NCBI GenBank assembly: GCA_051892935.1
Contig: JBJFGS010000029.1
Span: 1-52,350, forward strand
DNA: 52,350 nt
Source of the DNA: Candidatus Coprovivens sp.
GTDB taxonomy: Bacteria; Bacillota_I; Bacilli_A; RF39; UBA660
Direction of reading: 5' to 3'
In this document: in pieces, positions 50,201 through 52,350 of the stretch
Position numbering within the stretch: the first letter of the stretch is position 1
Layout of the letters: every line of letters begins with the position of its first letter
Position numbers and translations under genes: made by a program
The notes under the pieces: generated by a model
The model's database searches: none
What the model was told of the DNA's origin: nothing
Seen by the model: only the letters and a program-made list of their open reading frames with translations

Positions 50201-50242
50201 AGAGTTTGTTTTTATATGATTCTTTCTTTTCATAATTACCAC
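47219..50242 (-). CDS. FtsX-like ABC permease (duplicated) with coiled-coil insert
   Basis: RMVEDDRGEIGTLKSLGF, NITERKREIATLKVLGF, long heptad insert. Confidence 0.92.
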   Translation of the reverse strand: MVIMKRKNHIKTNSSRTIKKSFPRFLSLIVMSLLGVLVFTGLQATSPDMLNTLDRYYDKQNVYDIKIISTMGLVDEDIKSLQKIKKIKEIEGSYSKDVLINDSESEYVINISSLPENINKIELIAGHLPLNDNEIVVEENFINKTSYKIGDTITIDDDEFTNKELTIVGTILSPLYFNNTAVNQTRGTSTLGTGSVNYYSYIPKSNFNQEYYTSIYITIENAIEETTSKEKYLNIVEEISTEIDNIKNNQEDKRYNSIYNEALEEIEESEKTAQEELNEAKEKLDKAKKELDKAKKELTNSKKELDTFKSELTKAKKELDKNKKEYQQALNQYNIKESEIQSNIELLKTNISNIENLLSTLDKTSEEYTTYYNQLTELKKQQSNLELLNNAKTSLLKGEKEYNTNYSLYQKYLKEYNKGLSSYNKGLTEYEDGLKEYEEGKEKLTKEIANAKEELNTIKQPTWYVYNRSDNQTYASYINQTKSIKNLSLIFPLVFYAVAILVSLISMNRMVEDDRGEIGTLKSLGFSNQEIISKYIRFSLLATLIGGIIGTIIGLTAIPYLIFIIYRLLFILPNFHIGLNLKISIASILIAIICICGATIITATKVLKEKPATLMRPKAPSSGKKIIIEKIKIIWNHINFSKKITIRNIFRYKKRVLVTIIGITGCTALMLCGFGIKDSIVDITHMQYGETFIYDGIVYTNDIKVEEIPNIFNNSMIKDYTISEQITGTLNESDITMLITDNKKELSKIINTIDKNNNKVTLTTNEVLITDKIADIYNISKGDTITILDSDKNKYEFKVSDIVKNYMGHYIYLDKSTLEQYKEYKPNTIFFDTYKELNINEQEKLSTELLKNDSIINVIHSETLMNSTRDMLQSLDKIIAVLIILSASLSFVVLYNLSNINITERKREIATLKVLGFYDKEVDNYITKENLILTIIGIAFGLILGNVLTYFVIGTVEMENCRFLREISLKSYIYNSIISLTFTFIVNFITHFTLKKINMIESLKSVE

Positions 50243-50946
50243 TCGATTGATTCTATTGGGCGTGGATTTGGATTTATATATATTTCTTCAACAGTACCAT
50301 TTTTAAATTTTATTACTTTATCGGCCATTTCAGCGATAGCGCTATTATGAGTTACTATTATGACAGTCATGTTTTCTTTATGACATGTGTCTTCAAGTAG
50401 TTTTAGAATTTGTTTTCCTGTTTTATAATCTAAAGCACCAGTTGGTTCATCACATAGCAGAAGTTTAGGATTTTTAGCAATTGCTCTAGCTATGGCAACA
50501 CGTTGTTGCTCCCCACCTGATAATTGAGCTGGGAAGTTGTTCATTCGATCTTTTAAACCAACTTTTTTTAGAATTTTTTCTGGATCTAAGTGGTCTTTAC
50601 ATAGTTGAACTGCTAATTCAACATTTTCTAAAGCTGTTAAGTTTTGAATTAAGTTGTAAAATTGAAAAACAAAGCCAATATCGTTACGACGATATTTAAT
50701 TAAGTCTTTTCCAGTTAAAGATGAGATTTCTATATTATCAATTGTAAATTCACCAGAAGAAGCAGAGTCCATTCCTCCTAAGATGTTTAAACAAGTTGTT
50801 TTTCCTGCTCCAGATGGTCCTAAAATTACAACGAGTTCTCCTTTATCTATTTCAAATGAGGCTTTATTTAAAGCTTTTATTTCTATTTCACCCATTTGAT
50901 AGTTTTTACTTACATTTTTAAAATTAATATATGCCATTTGTATCAC
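50236..50946 (-). CDS. ABC transporter ATP-binding protein (LolD/FtsE-like)
   Basis: [25 protein letters not shown]. Confidence 0.95.
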   Translation of the reverse strand: MIQMAYINFKNVSKNYQMGEIEIKALNKASFEIDKGELVVILGPSGAGKTTCLNILGGMDSASSGEFTIDNIEISSLTGKDLIKYRRNDIGFVFQFYNLIQNLTALENVELAVQLCKDHLDPEKILKKVGLKDRMNNFPAQLSGGEQQRVAIARAIAKNPKLLLCDEPTGALDYKTGKQILKLLEDTCHKENMTVIIVTHNSAIAEMADKVIKFKNGTVEEIYINPNPRPIESIEW

Positions 50947-51106
50947 CTTACGATTTAATAGTATATCATATTTACATGATAATAATTGTTTAAATTTTAT
51001 TAAAATGAAGTAAACTTATAGTAAATGTTTGATTATTTACAAAAACTATTTGATATTTTAATGTTTATTTTTATTTAATTTAGATTATGTGTTATAATTT
51101 ATTTGT

Positions 51107-51183
51107 GTCCTCGTAGCTCAGTAGGATAGAGCAATCGCCTCCTAAGCGATAGGTCGGCAGTTCGACTCTGCCTGGGGACGCCA
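51107..51183 (+). tRNA. tRNA-Arg(CCT)
   Basis: GTCCTCG/TGGGGAC acceptor stem, anticodon arm ATCGC-CTCCTAA-GCGAT, GTTCGA T-loop, encoded CCA; TGTTATAAT upstream. Confidence 0.96.
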
Positions 51184-51216
51184 TTTGTTATTAATGGTCT
51201 TGATAGACTTTTTAAT

Positions 51217-51255
51217 AAAAATAGAACTACTCTTTTTTTAGTAGTTCTATTTTTT
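51217..51255. terminator. Bidirectional terminator between the tRNA and the small ORF
   Basis: aaaaatagaactact...agtagttctattttt. Confidence 0.75.
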
Positions 51256-51361
51256 GATTGTCTGCTCTTTTAGCAAGAATACAAGAGCAAAATATGAATA
51301 GGATTATTAAAGCTAATGCCAATATTAATGATATAATTAGCATTACTTTTAGTAAGTGCAT
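51227..51361 (-). CDS. Small single-TM protein, 44 aa (not in the ORF track)
   Basis: GGTGA RBS + ATG; MHLLKVMLIISLILALALIILFIFCSCILAKRADNQKIELLKKE. Confidence 0.6.
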   Translation of the reverse strand: MHLLKVMLIISLILALALIILFIFCSCILAKRADNQKIELLKKE

Positions 51362-51387
51362 AGTATCACCATTATTATTTTAGACAA

Positions 51388-51849
51388 TTAATTATTTTTT
51401 ATGTGATGTTTTTTTAAGATTGTAATCAGATATATTAAAAGGAGAGAGCTTATAGCTCCGATTGTATCGATTAAAACATCTATTGGAGATCCGTTTCGAC
51501 CATTTATGAATAATTGATGAAATTCATCTGTGCAAGCATACAAGAAACAAAATATTAAAGTTATAATGTAACCTTTGGGGATTTTTAAATCTAGAAGAAG
51601 AATTATTATTAGAGTACTAAGAATAAAGTAAGAAAGAAAATGAGCAGTTTTTCTAGTTATTAAGTGATATTTATTTATTAGTTTTTCTTCTTCGTTAAGT
51701 GTTAGTTCTTTATTTCCTATTTCAGCTATTTTAATTATTACTTTATCACTCAATGAAGTCGAATCATCTGAATTTTGATTGGAAAATGCAAATATAGTAA
51801 TCATCCAGATTATTATAAGACCTATGTTGATATAGTTTCTTAATTTCAT
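51388..51849 (-). CDS. vanZ: VanZ family membrane protein
   Basis: IFAFSNQ, RKTAHF, YACTDEFHQLF..GR....DVLIDT. Confidence 0.9.
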   Translation of the reverse strand: MKLRNYINIGLIIIWMITIFAFSNQNSDDSTSLSDKVIIKIAEIGNKELTLNEEEKLINKYHLITRKTAHFLSYFILSTLIIILLLDLKIPKGYIITLIFCFLYACTDEFHQLFINGRNGSPIDVLIDTIGAISSLLLIYLITILKKHHIKNN

Positions 51850-51953
51850 TTTATTACTCCTTTCTTATTTAACTTATTTTATTATAAGATAAGGAATAGT
51901 TTTATTTCAATTTATTTAAATTTAGCTTTACATAAAAAAGACTCTTTTGAGCC

Positions 51954-52181
51954 TTAGTTTTTTAAAGGAGTTAAAAGTTTTAAGAATTTACCATTTTCCT
52001 TTTCTTCTATTACGAATTCTATTTCTTGATTTTCGTGAATAATGTTTTGATCTTTTTCCTCTACGTGAACAAAAACATTATTGTTATTGTATTCTATAAA
52101 GCCATATCCACTTTCATTACTCCACCATTTTACTCTACCTTTCATTTTTTTACCCTTTCTTGTATCAATTATATCATACAT
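51954..52181 (-). CDS. Cold-shock domain protein (start probably 52145)
   Basis: MKGRVKWW, GYGFI (RNP1), VFVH (RNP2). Confidence 0.8.
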   Translation of the reverse strand: MYDIIDTRKGKKMKGRVKWWSNESGYGFIEYNNNNVFVHVEEKDQNIIHENQEIEFVIEEKENGKFLKLLTPLKN

Positions 52182-52328
52182 TTGTTTGATTTGCTAGTTT
52201 TTTTGTAAAAAAAATAACATATTATTATATATGCTATGATTTACTATTATATTCCTATTTATGTAATTTTTTTGATTCCGTTTGCCTCTTTGGGTGTCCC
52301 TCCACGAAAAAAAAAGAGCAAAAAAAAA

Positions 52329-52350
52329 TTGGCGACTACCTATTTTTGCA
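52329..52350 (-). rRNA. rrf: 3' end of 5S rRNA (truncated by the window edge)
   Basis: Minus strand ...GCAAAAATAGGTAGTCGCCAA resembles the 5S 3' terminus and is followed by T-runs; only 22 nt visible. Confidence 0.6.

Noticed and set aside
51107-51183. tRNA-Arg as the attachment site of an island or prophage
   Set aside because: No integrase and no duplicated tRNA 3' end seen in the window
4833-52208. About 30 short antisense ORFs in the track (e.g. 4833, 5044, 11416, 14940, 24700, 37005, 40222, 47538)
   Set aside because: They lie opposite well-supported genes, are F/L/I/S-rich shadows of AT-rich codons, and lack an RBS or motif
1-52350. CRISPR array, defence island or genetic code 4
   Set aside because: No regularly spaced repeats or cas/defence genes recognised; TGA terminates genes (e.g. 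28327) and long ORFs are intact under code 11

Overview
Very AT-rich, gene-dense chromosomal window from a small-genome Bacilli/Firmicute (gene content and style suggest an RF39-like gut lineage; this is inference). It uses the standard genetic code, since TGA acts as a stop (e.g. 28327). About 45 CDS, mostly on the minus strand, cover housekeeping and accessory functions: an RSH enzyme, HIT, RNase J2, SsbB-like SSB, a membrane MutS-like protein, GntR-ABC, MATE, Hsp20 with a CIRCE operator, SufB, Pta, SpoVS, the GGGtGRT/IscU-like pair, PP2C, YfhO, MgtE, GpmI, CobW, a two-component system/PlsC/acyl-CoA ligase/PlsC operon, a CDF transporter, a GalE-like protein, FtsX-type ABC, VanZ and a cold-shock protein. 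Also present are one intact IS3-family element, an unannotated RdgB/HAM1 pseudogene, tRNA-Arg(CCT) and the 3' end of a 5S rRNA at the right edge. No CRISPR array or prophage was seen. Most interesting: (1) a membrane protein with a C-terminal Hint domain ending HS rather than HN; (2) a five-gene operon coupling a two-component system to two HX4D acyltransferases and an acyl-CoA/ACP ligase; (3) a truncated, probably hydrolase-only RSH; (4) the uncharacterised IscU-like/GGGtGRT pair; (5) an attenuator-like MATE leader containing small uORFs; (6) an IS3 element with an apparent 8-bp duplication inserted in the loop of the sufB terminator; (7) a GalE homologue lacking its catalytic Tyr.
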